NCBI GenBank assembly: GCA_050950285.1
Contig: JBMNHG010000002.1
Location: 1,010,654 to 1,074,653, forward strand
Length of the DNA stretch: 64,000 nucleotides
DNA from: Kiritimatiellia bacterium
Lineage (GTDB): Bacteria > Verrucomicrobiota > Kiritimatiellia > RFP12 > JBMNHG01
Direction of reading: 5' to 3'
A model generated the notes under the pieces. It saw nothing but the letters and a program-made list of their open reading frames with translations, made no database searches and was not told the DNA's origin. The position numbers were made by a program, and so were the translations under genes. Shown here piece after piece: positions 52,124-60,761 of the stretch; within the stretch, counting starts at the first letter, position 1; each line of letters begins with the position of its first letter.

Positions 52124-54439
52124 CTAGACCATGCCGCGACGTTTGCGGAGGAGGCAGTCGAGACAGACCACCAGGAAGACGGTCGCGAGGGTCAGCGGCA
52201 GGTTCCAGAGGGGGATGGTGCAGGCCTGCGAGACGCGGCGGGGCGAAGCTCCGAGCCGGCGGGCGAAGGCCTCCATCGCGGAGGCATCGACCACCTCGCC
52301 GCCCGTGGCCCCGGCCAGCGCGCGCATCGCCTCGGGGGCGGCGCGGGGGGATTCGAGCTCGTCGTCGCCCGGCCCGGCGTGAATCGTCTCGGCGTGGACA
52401 CGGTCCTTGTAGGTGGCGGCGACCGTCCAGTCGCCGGGTTCGTCGAGCGTCACCTCGTACTCGTAGAGGCCCGGCGTCGCGCGGCCGTCCGCCGGATAGA
52501 TGTCGTACTCGCGCCCGGAGGGGGAAGCCACGTGCACCGTGAGGGCGGCCCCGCGGATGGGCTGGAAGAGCGGATCGACCAGGCGGGTGGAGAGCGAAAC
52601 CGTCTCGCCGACGGCGGGGTTCGCACGGTCGCGGGCGATGCGCGGGCGGCCCGGCTGCATGCGGGGATCGGGCGCGAGATGGCGCACCACGTTGCCCCAG
52701 AAGCGGCGGTAGTGGTCGGGGGCCTCGGCGGCGCGCTGCATCTCCCAGCGCCAGGTGGTGTCGATGGCCAGGCCGAGCACGCGGCCTTTGCCGACCTCCT
52801 GGATCGCGACGACCGGCATCGCGTCCTCCCCGGACGTGCGGACGGCGAGCACGGAGGCGCCCGGCCGGGCGCGGCCCACCCGGTTGCAACCGTCGAGACG
52901 GGGAAGGTCGTACCAGGCGTCGCGGTTGGCTTCGGCGTCGTCTTCGAGACGCATCAGCGGATGGGAGAGGCCCAGCGGGGTGGGCTCGATGGGGAAGACG
53001 CCGGGAACCTGGCTGTCGCCCTGCGCGACCAGCTCGAAGGGGAGGATGGACGCGAGGGCGGAACCGCCGTAGCCGCCGGCGCCGTACACCGACCGGCCGC
53101 CCAGGGTGACGAGCCCGCCGCCGCGGCGGGCGACGAACTCCACAAGCCAGCGGAGCTTCGTCTCGTTCACGTCGCCGCCGGCGCGGAAATCGGCGCGCGG
53201 GATGTCGCCAAGCACGATGACGTCATACTGGTAGAGATCCGCCTCGGCGCCGGGGAGGCCGTCCTGGATGTCCTTGTGGAGCATTGCGCCCTGCGCGAAC
53301 CATCCCCCCTTGGGCATGCGGGTGAGGGAGGCGAAATCCACCGCGGGGTCGCGGGCGAGCCAGATGCCCAGGATCTTGCGCTCGTCGCGCGGGATGTCCA
53401 CATACAGCACGCGGATCTTTTCGTCCACGACTTCCACGCGATGCCCGGCGACAAGCCGCCGGTCGCTGGCCGAGCCCTCGAGCCCCTCCATCGCGATGCG
53501 GTAGGTCTTCAGGCCAGGGGTGGACGGTTTGACGGCGAAGGAGACGGCGACCGGCCCGGCGCCGCCCACGCGCACCTGCTCGCGGGAGGCCAGCGGAACG
53601 GAGGACCCCTCCTCGTAGAGGGAGACGCGCACGGGCTGCTCGGCAACGCCGCTGGCCGAAACGTGCGCGGAGAGGACGAACGTGTCGCCGAGACGCACGT
53701 ACGGCGCGGAGGAGGCCATGCGGACGACGCCCATCGCGGGCGTGTCGTCGCGCCCGAAGACCACAGGGTAGACCGGGATGCCGCGCGCGCGGAGAAGCGG
53801 GATCACCTGCGCCCCGCGGTCGCCGCCGGTGTCGTTGCCGTCGGTAAGCAACACGACCGCCTCGATGCGATCCTCGCGGCGGAGCAGTTCGGCGAGGGCG
53901 TCGGCAATGCGCGTGGCGCCCTCGTCGGTCGCCGCGGGCGCGGCGTCCAGCGGAGCCAGGCGCCAGGTGAATCCATAGCGGGCGAAGCGGAGACGGCGGC
54001 CCGCGGCCTTTTCGAGGGCGTCGGAGGCGGCGGAGGCGGCTTCGAGGCGCGTCTTCCCGCCGGCGGCGTCGCGCAAGCCCATGCTGGCCGACGTATCATG
54101 CAGCACCGCGATGGAAGGCGGCAGGTCGCGATCGACCGTGAGCCGGAGTTCGACCTGCGCAAGCATCAGCAAAAGCACCCCTACCCCGAGGAGACGGAGC
54201 AGGACCAGCGTGGCGCGCGTACGACGGGGCAACACCGTGGAAGGCAGCAGGTTCAAGCCGGCGGCGGCGAGACCGAGCACGGCCACGAGAATCACGGCCC
54301 ACGGCGGAAGGGGACGAACGACGGCGAAACTCGCGTCGCGCACGCCGGCGACCGTCGAAGCATCGTGCACGCCCAGAAGCGGCCAGAACCAGGCGAACTG
54401 GGCATGGCCGCCCGCATGTCGGGATGTCATCGGATTCAT
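52124..54439 (-). CDS. Membrane protein with vWA-like and putative glutamine-amidotransferase-like (GATase1/DUF1355) domains
   Basis: TM pair, MIDAS-like DTSASM, LLTDG, YDVIVLGD, FV...GGGLV.LGG, G.GRV......TWRW, and a C-terminal W..RKR.G-type TM end. Start uncertain. Confidence 0.75.
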   Translation of the reverse strand: MNPMTSRHAGGHAQFAWFWPLLGVHDASTVAGVRDASFAVVRPLPPWAVILVAVLGLAAAGLNLLPSTVLPRRTRATLVLLRLLGVGVLLLMLAQVELRLTVDRDLPPSIAVLHDTSASMGLRDAAGGKTRLEAASAASDALEKAAGRRLRFARYGFTWRLAPLDAAPAATDEGATRIADALAELLRREDRIEAVVLLTDGNDTGGDRGAQVIPLLRARGIPVYPVVFGRDDTPAMGVVRMASSAPYVRLGDTFVLSAHVSASGVAEQPVRVSLYEEGSSVPLASREQVRVGGAGPVAVSFAVKPSTPGLKTYRIAMEGLEGSASDRRLVAGHRVEVVDEKIRVLYVDIPRDERKILGIWLARDPAVDFASLTRMPKGGWFAQGAMLHKDIQDGLPGAEADLYQYDVIVLGDIPRADFRAGGDVNETKLRWLVEFVARRGGGLVTLGGRSVYGAGGYGGSALASILPFELVAQGDSQVPGVFPIEPTPLGLSHPLMRLEDDAEANRDAWYDLPRLDGCNRVGRARPGASVLAVRTSGEDAMPVVAIQEVGKGRVLGLAIDTTWRWEMQRAAEAPDHYRRFWGNVVRHLAPDPRMQPGRPRIARDRANPAVGETVSLSTRLVDPLFQPIRGAALTVHVASPSGREYDIYPADGRATPGLYEYEVTLDEPGDWTVAATYKDRVHAETIHAGPGDDELESPRAAPEAMRALAGATGGEVVDASAMEAFARRLGASPRRVSQACTIPLWNLPLTLATVFLVVCLDCLLRKRRGMV

Positions 54440-54677
54440 GGGAGAGACAAATCGGAAGAATTCCCCTGAAACAAGCAAGGTTTGTGCCGAGTGCCCCGCC
54501 AGGCCATCCGCCAGGCCGGAAACCGGCGCGAAACGCTGGGGTTCAGATGCGCATAAAATCGTGGCCTGAAGGGCCACCTCAAGGAAACGCGCCACGTGGG
54601 GATCTGTTATGTTCTTGTCAGGACGGCGTTTTTGGTTGGCCGATGTCCGATGATGTGGTAAATGCACATCCATTTGG

Positions 54678-54763
54678 CGACGCCCATCGACTGACATCGA
54701 CTGACGCCGGCTCCTCCGCTGCTGACGGTAGTCGAGTCAGTCGACGTCAGTCGAAAAAAGGAA
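54678..54763. repeat. Left palindromic direct repeat of four-helix-bundle gene 2
   Basis: Hairpin arms TCGACTGACATCGACTGAC (54687-54705) and GTCAGTCGACGTCAGTCGA (54736-54754), 18/19 complementary. The core 54714-54763 is repeated at 55557-55615. Confidence 0.9.
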
Positions 54764-54770
54764 CCCCTCC

Positions 54771-55568
54771 ATGAAGCTCTTCAAGAAATACGGCGGCTAC
54801 CGCAAGCTGGACAGCTTCACGCTGGCCGGCGTGATCCAGCTTGCGAACTGGCGCTTCTGCACGACCTTTCTCGACCGCACGATCGACCCCTGCGGCCGCC
54901 AGTTCGACCAGATGACGCAGGCCGCGCGCTCGGGGCGCGTGAACATCGCCGAGGGCTCGGAACGCGCCAGCACCTCGGCCGAGACGGAGATGAAGTTGAC
55001 CGACGTGGCGCGCGCCAGCCTGGGCGAACTCAAGGCCGACTATGAGTTCTGGCTGCTGTCGCGCCGCAAGCTGCCGTGGAAGGTGCCGTCGCCGGAGGCC
55101 TGCGAGGTGCTCGACCTGCGCCTCGACCCGAACCCGCTGGGCGAGGGCGATGGCCTGCACGAGGCTTCGGCCTATCTGCTGGCGCAATACGACAAGTTCG
55201 CCCGCTGGCTGGACAGCGACGACCCCGACTTGGTCGCCAACGCCATGCTGCTGCTGATCGGCCGCGCCCTGAACATGCTCGCGCGTCAGAAGGAGACGCA
55301 GGGCGAGATTTTCCGCGAAGAGGGCGGCTTCCGCGAGCGGCTGACCGCCGCCCGGCTGGAGACCCGCGACCAGCAGCAGGCCGAAGCCGGCGCGCCGCAA
55401 TGCCCCGAGTGCGGCAAGCCGATGCGCCAGCGCACGGCCAAGAGCGGCCCGCACGCCGGACAGCCCTTCTGGGGCTGCACCGGGTATCCCGCGTGCAAAG
55501 GCACGCGGGAGATCGACGCCCCTCGACGCCCCTCGACTGACGCCGACTGGGGGCGACTCCGCTGCTGA
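54771..55568 (+). CDS. Four-helix-bundle (IVS-protein/bAvd-like) protein with suffix domain and C4 zinc ribbon; full length
   Basis: YGGYRKL, R.FDQMTQAARSG..NIAEGS, ETEMKLTDVARASL.EL..DY, VANAML.LI, F.EEGGFRERL, CPECGKPM...FWGCTGYPAC. Confidence 0.9.
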   Translation: MKLFKKYGGYRKLDSFTLAGVIQLANWRFCTTFLDRTIDPCGRQFDQMTQAARSGRVNIAEGSERASTSAETEMKLTDVARASLGELKADYEFWLLSRRKLPWKVPSPEACEVLDLRLDPNPLGEGDGLHEASAYLLAQYDKFARWLDSDDPDLVANAMLLLIGRALNMLARQKETQGEIFREEGGFRERLTAARLETRDQQQAEAGAPQCPECGKPMRQRTAKSGPHAGQPFWGCTGYPACKGTREIDAPRRPSTDADWGRLRC

Positions 55569-55615
55569 CGGTAGTCGAGTCAGTCGAGTCAGTCGACGTC
55601 AGTCGAAAAAAGGAA
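55513..55615. repeat. Right palindromic direct repeat of four-helix-bundle gene 2 (contains the stop codon)
   Basis: CTCCGCTGCTGACGGTAGTCGAGTCAGTCGA[GTCAGTCGA]CGTCAGTCGAAAAAAGGAA is identical to the left core except for one extra 9-nt unit. Confidence 0.9.
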
Positions 55616-55728
55616 ACATACACCTGAAACCGAACCTGAACCTGAAACGGACGCTTTTGGCGTTAGACGACGAAAGTGACCGGTATTTGGACGCTGGGGG
55701 AAGTTTCGTTGTTGGGGGGAAGTTTCGT

Positions 55729-55757
55729 TTGACGCCTCCGAAGGGTTCTGGTATCCT
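55729..55757 (+). promoter_or_regulatory. Sigma-70 promoter for the small basic ORF and tRNA-Cys
   Basis: TTGACG, 17-nt spacer, TATCCT with an extended TG. Confidence 0.65.
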
Positions 55758-55767
55758 GGTTCTCCTT

Positions 55768-55866
55768 ATGGGACAACAGCTTCGTGTTCGTCTGAAACGC
55801 GCTCGGCGCGCGCGCCGCAAGAAGAGGGTCCAAGCCCGTCTGGCCGCCGCCAAGTCCGCGAAGTAG
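55768..55866 (+). CDS. Small highly basic protein (32 aa)
   Basis: MGQQLRVRLKRARRARRKKRVQARLAAAKSAK. Lies directly after a promoter and ends 10 nt before tRNA-Cys. Confidence 0.6.
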   Translation: MGQQLRVRLKRARRARRKKRVQARLAAAKSAK

Positions 55867-55876
55867 GCATTTTCAA

Positions 55877-55950
55877 GGCGTGGTAGCCAAGCGGTTAGGC
55901 AGAGGACTGCAAATCCTTTTAGAGCGGTTCGACTCCGCTCCACGCCTCCA
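55877..55950 (+). tRNA. tRNA-Cys (GCA)
   Basis: Acceptor stem GGCGTGG/CCACGCC, D-arm, anticodon arm GAGGA-CTGCAAA-TCCTT, T-loop GGTTCGACTCC, U73 discriminator and encoded CCA. Confidence 0.96.
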
Positions 55951-55970
55951 TCCTTCGACTGCAACAGGAG

Positions 55971-56012
55971 AAGGCTTGCGCCGGTGTCTGCCGCGTGCAA
56001 GCCTTGTTTTTT
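55971..56012 (+). terminator. Rho-independent terminator after tRNA-Cys
   Basis: AAGGCTTGC...GCAAGCCTT followed by GTTTTTT. Confidence 0.65.
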
Positions 56013-56059
56013 GGCGCCCTCCTCCCGGCAATCGCCATCTTCACCCCCCCCGATTCCCC

Positions 56060-56857
56060 ATGAATCTTTCCTTTGCGGAACTGGCCCCCAGGGTGCGCAT
56101 CGTGCTTGTGGAGACGCTTTACAGCGGCAACATCGGCTCGGTGTGCCGCTCCATGGCGAACATGGGGCTCTCCGACCTCGCGCTGGTTTCCCCGCAGGCG
56201 GTGGACGGATGGGAGGAAGCCGCCCGCCTGGCCTGCCACGCCACGGACATCCTGGAGACGCGCCGCGAATTCCCCACCCTGGCCGACGCCATCGCGGACT
56301 GCACGATGGTGGCAGGGGCCACGGCGCGGCTCGGGCTCTACCGGCAGCATGTGCGTCCTCCGCGCGAAATCGCCCCGGAGGTCTGGAAGACCGCCGCGGC
56401 GGGCGGCCGCGTGGCGATGGTCTTCGGCCGCGAGGACAAGGGGCTTCTCAACGACGAAATCGTCCAATGCACCCATCTGGTGCGGATTCCGGCCTCGGCG
56501 GACTACCTTTCGCTCAACCTCTCGCAGGCGGTGATGGTCTGCACCTACGAGCTTTTCATGGCGCGCGGGGACTACGAGCAGCCCCGGGAGAAATCCCTTC
56601 CCGCCACCGCCGCCCAGCGGGCGCAGATGATGGCGATGTGGCGCCGTCTGCTGCTGCTCACCGGCTTCATGGAAGAGGACAAGGCAGACCACATGATGCA
56701 GGGCTTCCAGCGCATCTTCACGCGGGGCGCGGTCACCGACGACGACCTCCGCATCCTCATGGGCGTCGCCCGCCAGGCCGAATGGGCGGCCCGCGCCGAT
56801 CCTTCCATGCTTCCCGGCGCCGCCTCGCCCGGCCTTCCGGGCGGCCGCCGCACCTGA
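56060..56857 (+). CDS. trmJ: TrmJ/LasT family SPOUT RNA methyltransferase
   Basis: IVLVE....GNIGSVCRSM.NMG...L.LV.P, ATAR, VFGRED.GL.NDE...C, SLNLSQAV. Confidence 0.88.
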   Translation: MNLSFAELAPRVRIVLVETLYSGNIGSVCRSMANMGLSDLALVSPQAVDGWEEAARLACHATDILETRREFPTLADAIADCTMVAGATARLGLYRQHVRPPREIAPEVWKTAAAGGRVAMVFGREDKGLLNDEIVQCTHLVRIPASADYLSLNLSQAVMVCTYELFMARGDYEQPREKSLPATAAQRAQMMAMWRRLLLLTGFMEEDKADHMMQGFQRIFTRGAVTDDDLRILMGVARQAEWAARADPSMLPGAASPGLPGGRRT

Positions 56858-56881
56858 CCTCCCACCCGCACCTCCCCCGCC

Positions 56882-58090
56882 ATGGTCGTCTGGATCAACA
56901 ACCCCTTCGACAACCTCCCCGAGGAAGGCGCCCGCCCCCAGCGCTACGCCATCCTCACGCGGGAACTCGCGCGCCGCGGACACGAGGTGACGTGGTGGAC
57001 CAGCGACTTCAGCCACGTCCACAAGGCTCCACGCCCGGTTCCCGCGCGCCGCTGGAAACCGGGCGACGGCGCGGAGGTGCGCCTGATCCCCACCCTCCCC
57101 TACCCCCGCAACCTCTGCCTGGCCCGGATCCGCAGCCACCGCGCCTACGCCGAAAGCTGGAAACGCCTCGCGGAAGCCGCCGCGAACGCGGGGGAACTCG
57201 CCCGGCCGGATCTCGTGCTGACCAGCCTCCCCCCGCTCGGCACGGCGGAAATCGCCCGATCCTTCCGCGACCGCTGGGGATGCCGCGTCGTGGTGGACAT
57301 CATGGACGCCTGGCCCGAAACCTTCTGCCAGGCGCTGCCCCTCCCCCGCCGCCTCGCGACCCTTGCCGGGCGCCTCCTTTTCGCCTCCGCATGGCGGCAG
57401 GCGCGGCGTGCCGTCCGCGAGGCCGACGCCGTTTCCGCCGTCGGCGAAAGCTACCTTTCCTGGGCGCGGCAGCTCGGGGCCACGGCTCCGGGCACCGTCT
57501 GCCACCATGGGATTGACCTGCCCGCTCCGGGCGAAGCCTCCGCGCCCGGCTCCGGGCTGCGCCTGGTCTACGTCGGGAACATGGGGCGCTCGTACGACCT
57601 TCGCACGCTGCTCGAAGCCGTCCGCGGGCTCGACGACGTCCGTCTCGACCTGGCCGGCACGGGCCCCGACGAACCCGCGCTCCGCGCACAGGCGGCGGAG
57701 GAGATCCGGACGGGGCGCGTTCGGTTCCACGGCCAGCTCCCCGCGCCGGAACTCGGCGCCCTGCTCGCGCAAGCGCACGTCGGGGTGATTCCGATGTTTG
57801 ATCGCTCGCGGGTGGCGACGCCCTACAAGCTGGCCGACTATGCGGCGGCGGGCGTCGCGATTCTCGAGACGCTCCCGGGGGAGACCCGTTCGCTCGTCGA
57901 ATCCTACGGCGCGGGCCTCTGGCATCCCGCAGGCGATGTGGCGGCGTGCCGCGAAGCCATCCGGCGCCTGGCAGACCATCCCGGACTGCTCGCGGCATGC
58001 CGCGCCGGGGCCCGGCGTCTCGCGGAGGAGCGCTTCGACGCGGCGGCAATCTACCCCGCCTTCTGCGAATGGCTGGAAAAGCGGCCGTGA
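56882..58090 (+). CDS. Glycosyltransferase family 4 (GT-B)
   Basis: L.RRGHEVT...S.F.H, VDI.D.WPE, YVGNMG..YD, AG.GP, P.KL.DY.AAG. Confidence 0.88.
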   Translation: MVVWINNPFDNLPEEGARPQRYAILTRELARRGHEVTWWTSDFSHVHKAPRPVPARRWKPGDGAEVRLIPTLPYPRNLCLARIRSHRAYAESWKRLAEAAANAGELARPDLVLTSLPPLGTAEIARSFRDRWGCRVVVDIMDAWPETFCQALPLPRRLATLAGRLLFASAWRQARRAVREADAVSAVGESYLSWARQLGATAPGTVCHHGIDLPAPGEASAPGSGLRLVYVGNMGRSYDLRTLLEAVRGLDDVRLDLAGTGPDEPALRAQAAEEIRTGRVRFHGQLPAPELGALLAQAHVGVIPMFDRSRVATPYKLADYAAAGVAILETLPGETRSLVESYGAGLWHPAGDVAACREAIRRLADHPGLLAACRAGARRLAEERFDAAAIYPAFCEWLEKRP

Positions 58091-58211
58091 ACGGTCATCC
58101 CGCCCGGTCGCGAAGCGGACGGCATGCGCATCCGCGCGCGGCCGCGTCGCCGAAGGCCGGGCAGACCCTCTCGCTCGTCGTCGTCCCGCCCTTTTTGCGG
58201 GCTTCGACGGC

Positions 58212-59063
58212 TCATCCCCTCTGGCGGACGGCCTCGTAGAGGACCAGGGCGCCCGCGACCGCGGCGTTGAGCGAGGAGACCTTGCCCCCCATCGGGATGG
58301 AGATGATCCGATCGCAGGTTTCGCGCACGAGGCGACCGAGGCCGTCCCCCTCGCTGCCCACCACCAGCACGCACCGGCCTTTCAAGTCGGCCTTCGTGTA
58401 GGTCGTCGCATCCTCGCCCACGTCGAGACCGTTCACCCAGGCGCCGGCGTCTTTCAGGTCGCGCAGGGCGCGGGCGAGGTTGACCACCTTCGCCACGCGC
58501 ATGTGCTCGGAGGCTCCGGCGGAGGCGCGGGTGGCGGCGGGGGTCACGCCGGCGGCGCGATCTTCGGGGAGGATCACGGCGGTCGCGCCGGCGGCGTCCG
58601 CCGACCGCAGCAGCGATCCCACGTTCTGCGGATCGGAGATGTGGTCGAGGGCGAGCACCAGCGCCTGGGCGTTCTCGCGGACGTCGTGCAACACCTGGTC
58701 GAAGCCCACGTACGGGAAACCGCCCACCCGCATCGCCACGCCTTGATGGTTACCCCCCTGGGCGAGCTCGTCCAGTTCCTCGCGGGAGACGAGACGGAAA
58801 GGGATGCCGCGCGACTCCACGATGTCCCGGATTTCGGCAAGGCCCGAGGCCCCGCCGGCGCCTTCCGCAAGGCAGATCTGGTGGACGTGGCGACGGTTGG
58901 CGCAGAGGGTCTCCAGCACGGGCCGGCGGCCGTAGATCCAGTCGCCGCGCTCCCCGGCGTCCGTCCGCGGCGCATCCTTCCCTCCGGGACGCCGCCACGC
59001 TTCCTTCTCCTTCCAGCGGCGCGCCGGAGGCCTGCCGCCCCGTTTCCCAAAGCTCGATGTCAT
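58212..59063 (-). CDS. rlmB: 23S rRNA (guanosine-2251-2'-O)-methyltransferase
   Basis: IYGR.PVLE.L, NHQGV, LD.I.DPQNVG.L.RSA, ASAGA, VGSEG.G, IPM.GKVSSLNA.VA. Confidence 0.92.
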   Translation of the reverse strand: MTSSFGKRGGRPPARRWKEKEAWRRPGGKDAPRTDAGERGDWIYGRRPVLETLCANRRHVHQICLAEGAGGASGLAEIRDIVESRGIPFRLVSREELDELAQGGNHQGVAMRVGGFPYVGFDQVLHDVRENAQALVLALDHISDPQNVGSLLRSADAAGATAVILPEDRAAGVTPAATRASAGASEHMRVAKVVNLARALRDLKDAGAWVNGLDVGEDATTYTKADLKGRCVLVVGSEGDGLGRLVRETCDRIISIPMGGKVSSLNAAVAGALVLYEAVRQRG

Positions 59064-59253
59064 GCCGCCAGTATAGCGAACCCCTCCCGGAAGCGGCAAG
59101 CCGCTCCGATCGTGTCCGGGTGGTTTGAGGAGGCCTTCGGATTTCAAAAATCGCTTGCATGGGCGAGGTCGGCATACTATCATTGACCGATCATCGAAAA
59201 CTATCCCATGTAGCCCGGACAGGGGCGAATGGGGGATTTGAGGTGCTTTGGCA

Positions 59254-59994
59254 ATGCTGAACGCAAGCAATCTGACAAAAAATTTCGGGCCGATCCAAGC
59301 GGTTCGGGGCATCTCCTTTTCCGTGGAGAAAGGGGAAGTGCTGGGATTCCTGGGGCCAAACGGCGCGGGCAAGTCCACGACCATGCGCATCATCACGGGC
59401 TTCCTCCCCCCGACGGAGGGCACCGCCTCGATCTGCGGGCATGACATCCTCGAAGAGCCGGTCGAGGCGAAAAGCCACCTCGGCTACCTGCCCGAGAATG
59501 CGCCGAGCTATCGGGCGATGACCGTTACCGGCTTCCTGGACTTCGTCGCCGACGTGCACGGCTTCCGGGGCAGCGAGAAGCGCGACCGCGTGGAGGACGC
59601 AATCCGCAAGTGCCACATCGAAAGCGTGCGCAACCGCGTGATCGACGAACTCTCGAAGGGCTACCGCCAGCGCACGTGCTTCGCCCAGGCGATTCTCCAC
59701 GACCCGGAAGTGCTCGTCATGGACGAGCCCACCGACGGGCTGGATCCCAACCAGAAGCACGTGGTGCGCGAGATGATCCGGGCGATGGGCGAGGACAAGG
59801 CCATCATCCTTTCGACCCACATCCTCGAGGAAGTGGACGCCGTCTGCACCCGCGCCATCATCATCGCGGAGGGCCGGATCGTCGCGAACGGGACGCCCGC
59901 CGAACTTCGGGCCATGGACCCGCAGGGCCGCCTGGACGTGGTCTTCCGCACGCTGACCATGGGCGGCGCCGAGGAGGAATCCCGCCATGTGTAG
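59254..59994 (+). CDS. ABC transporter ATP-binding protein (GldA-like)
   Basis: GFLGPNGAGKSTTM, GYLPE, LSKGYRQR, MDEPTDGLDPNQ, STHIL.EV. Confidence 0.93.
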   Translation: MLNASNLTKNFGPIQAVRGISFSVEKGEVLGFLGPNGAGKSTTMRIITGFLPPTEGTASICGHDILEEPVEAKSHLGYLPENAPSYRAMTVTGFLDFVADVHGFRGSEKRDRVEDAIRKCHIESVRNRVIDELSKGYRQRTCFAQAILHDPEVLVMDEPTDGLDPNQKHVVREMIRAMGEDKAIILSTHILEEVDAVCTRAIIIAEGRIVANGTPAELRAMDPQGRLDVVFRTLTMGGAEEESRHV

Positions 59995-60730
59995 CGCAAA
60001 ACGTGTATCCGCCATCTTCCGCCGCGAGATGCGGGCGTACTTCACTTCGCCCGTCGCCTACGTGTTCCTCGTGGCCTTCCTGCTGCTGATCGGCTTCCTC
60101 ACCTTCTCGGTGACGATGTTCTACGAGCGCCGCGACGCCAACCTGGCCTACTTCTTCATGTGGCATCCCTGGGTGTACCTGCTCCTCGTGCCGGCCGCGA
60201 CCATGGGATTGTGGGCGGAGGAGCGCCGTTCCGGCACGATCGAGCTTCTGCTCACGCTGCCCATTACGTTGACCGAGACGCTGATCGGGAAGTTCCTCGC
60301 CGCCTGGGCCTTCATCGGCATCGCGCTGGCGCTCACCTTCCCCGTCGTCGCCACCACGGTGTGGCTCGGCTCGCCCGACATGGGCGCGATCGCCTGCGGC
60401 TACTTGGGCTCCTTCCTGATGGCGGGCGCCTGCGTGGCGATCGGAACGCTCGCCTCGGCCCTCACGCGAAGCCAGGTGGTGGGCTTCGTGCTGGCCCTGT
60501 CCGCATGCCTCGTGTTGATCCTCGCCGGCTTCGAGCCCGTGCTCCGCTACTTCGAAGGGTGGGCGCCCCGCGTGCTGGTGGACGCCGTGGCCGCATGCAG
60601 CCTGCTCACCCACTTCGAATCGCTGCAGCGCGGCGTCGTGGACTTGCGCGACGTGACCTACTTCGCAAGCGTGATGGTCTTCGCGCTGGCGGCGGCCCAC
60701 TTGGCCGTAAACACCCGGAAGGCGGCCTAG
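59987..60730 (+). CDS. ABC-2 type permease (GldF-like)
   Basis: RE..AYF.SP.AY, PA.TM..WAEERRSGTIELLLT.P, GKFLA, six TM segments. Confidence 0.92.
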   Translation: MCSAKRVSAIFRREMRAYFTSPVAYVFLVAFLLLIGFLTFSVTMFYERRDANLAYFFMWHPWVYLLLVPAATMGLWAEERRSGTIELLLTLPITLTETLIGKFLAAWAFIGIALALTFPVVATTVWLGSPDMGAIACGYLGSFLMAGACVAIGTLASALTRSQVVGFVLALSACLVLILAGFEPVLRYFEGWAPRVLVDAVAACSLLTHFESLQRGVVDLRDVTYFASVMVFALAAAHLAVNTRKAA

Positions 60731-60761
60731 CCGGGCCTCGCAGACAAGGAGATTCCCCATC

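Noticed and set aside
54755..54763. Hairpin plus A-run read as a rho-independent terminator
   Set aside because: The A-run follows the hairpin on the plus strand, so on neither strand does a U-tract follow the stem.
54678..55615. CRISPR array or integron attC interpretation of the direct repeats
   Set aside because: There are only two copies separated by a whole gene, with no cas genes or integron integrase, and I could not identify RYYYAAC/GTTRRRY core sites.
55877..55950. tRNA-Cys as the integration site of a prophage or genomic island
   Set aside because: No integrase nearby and no duplicated tRNA 3' end seen. Downstream genes are housekeeping.
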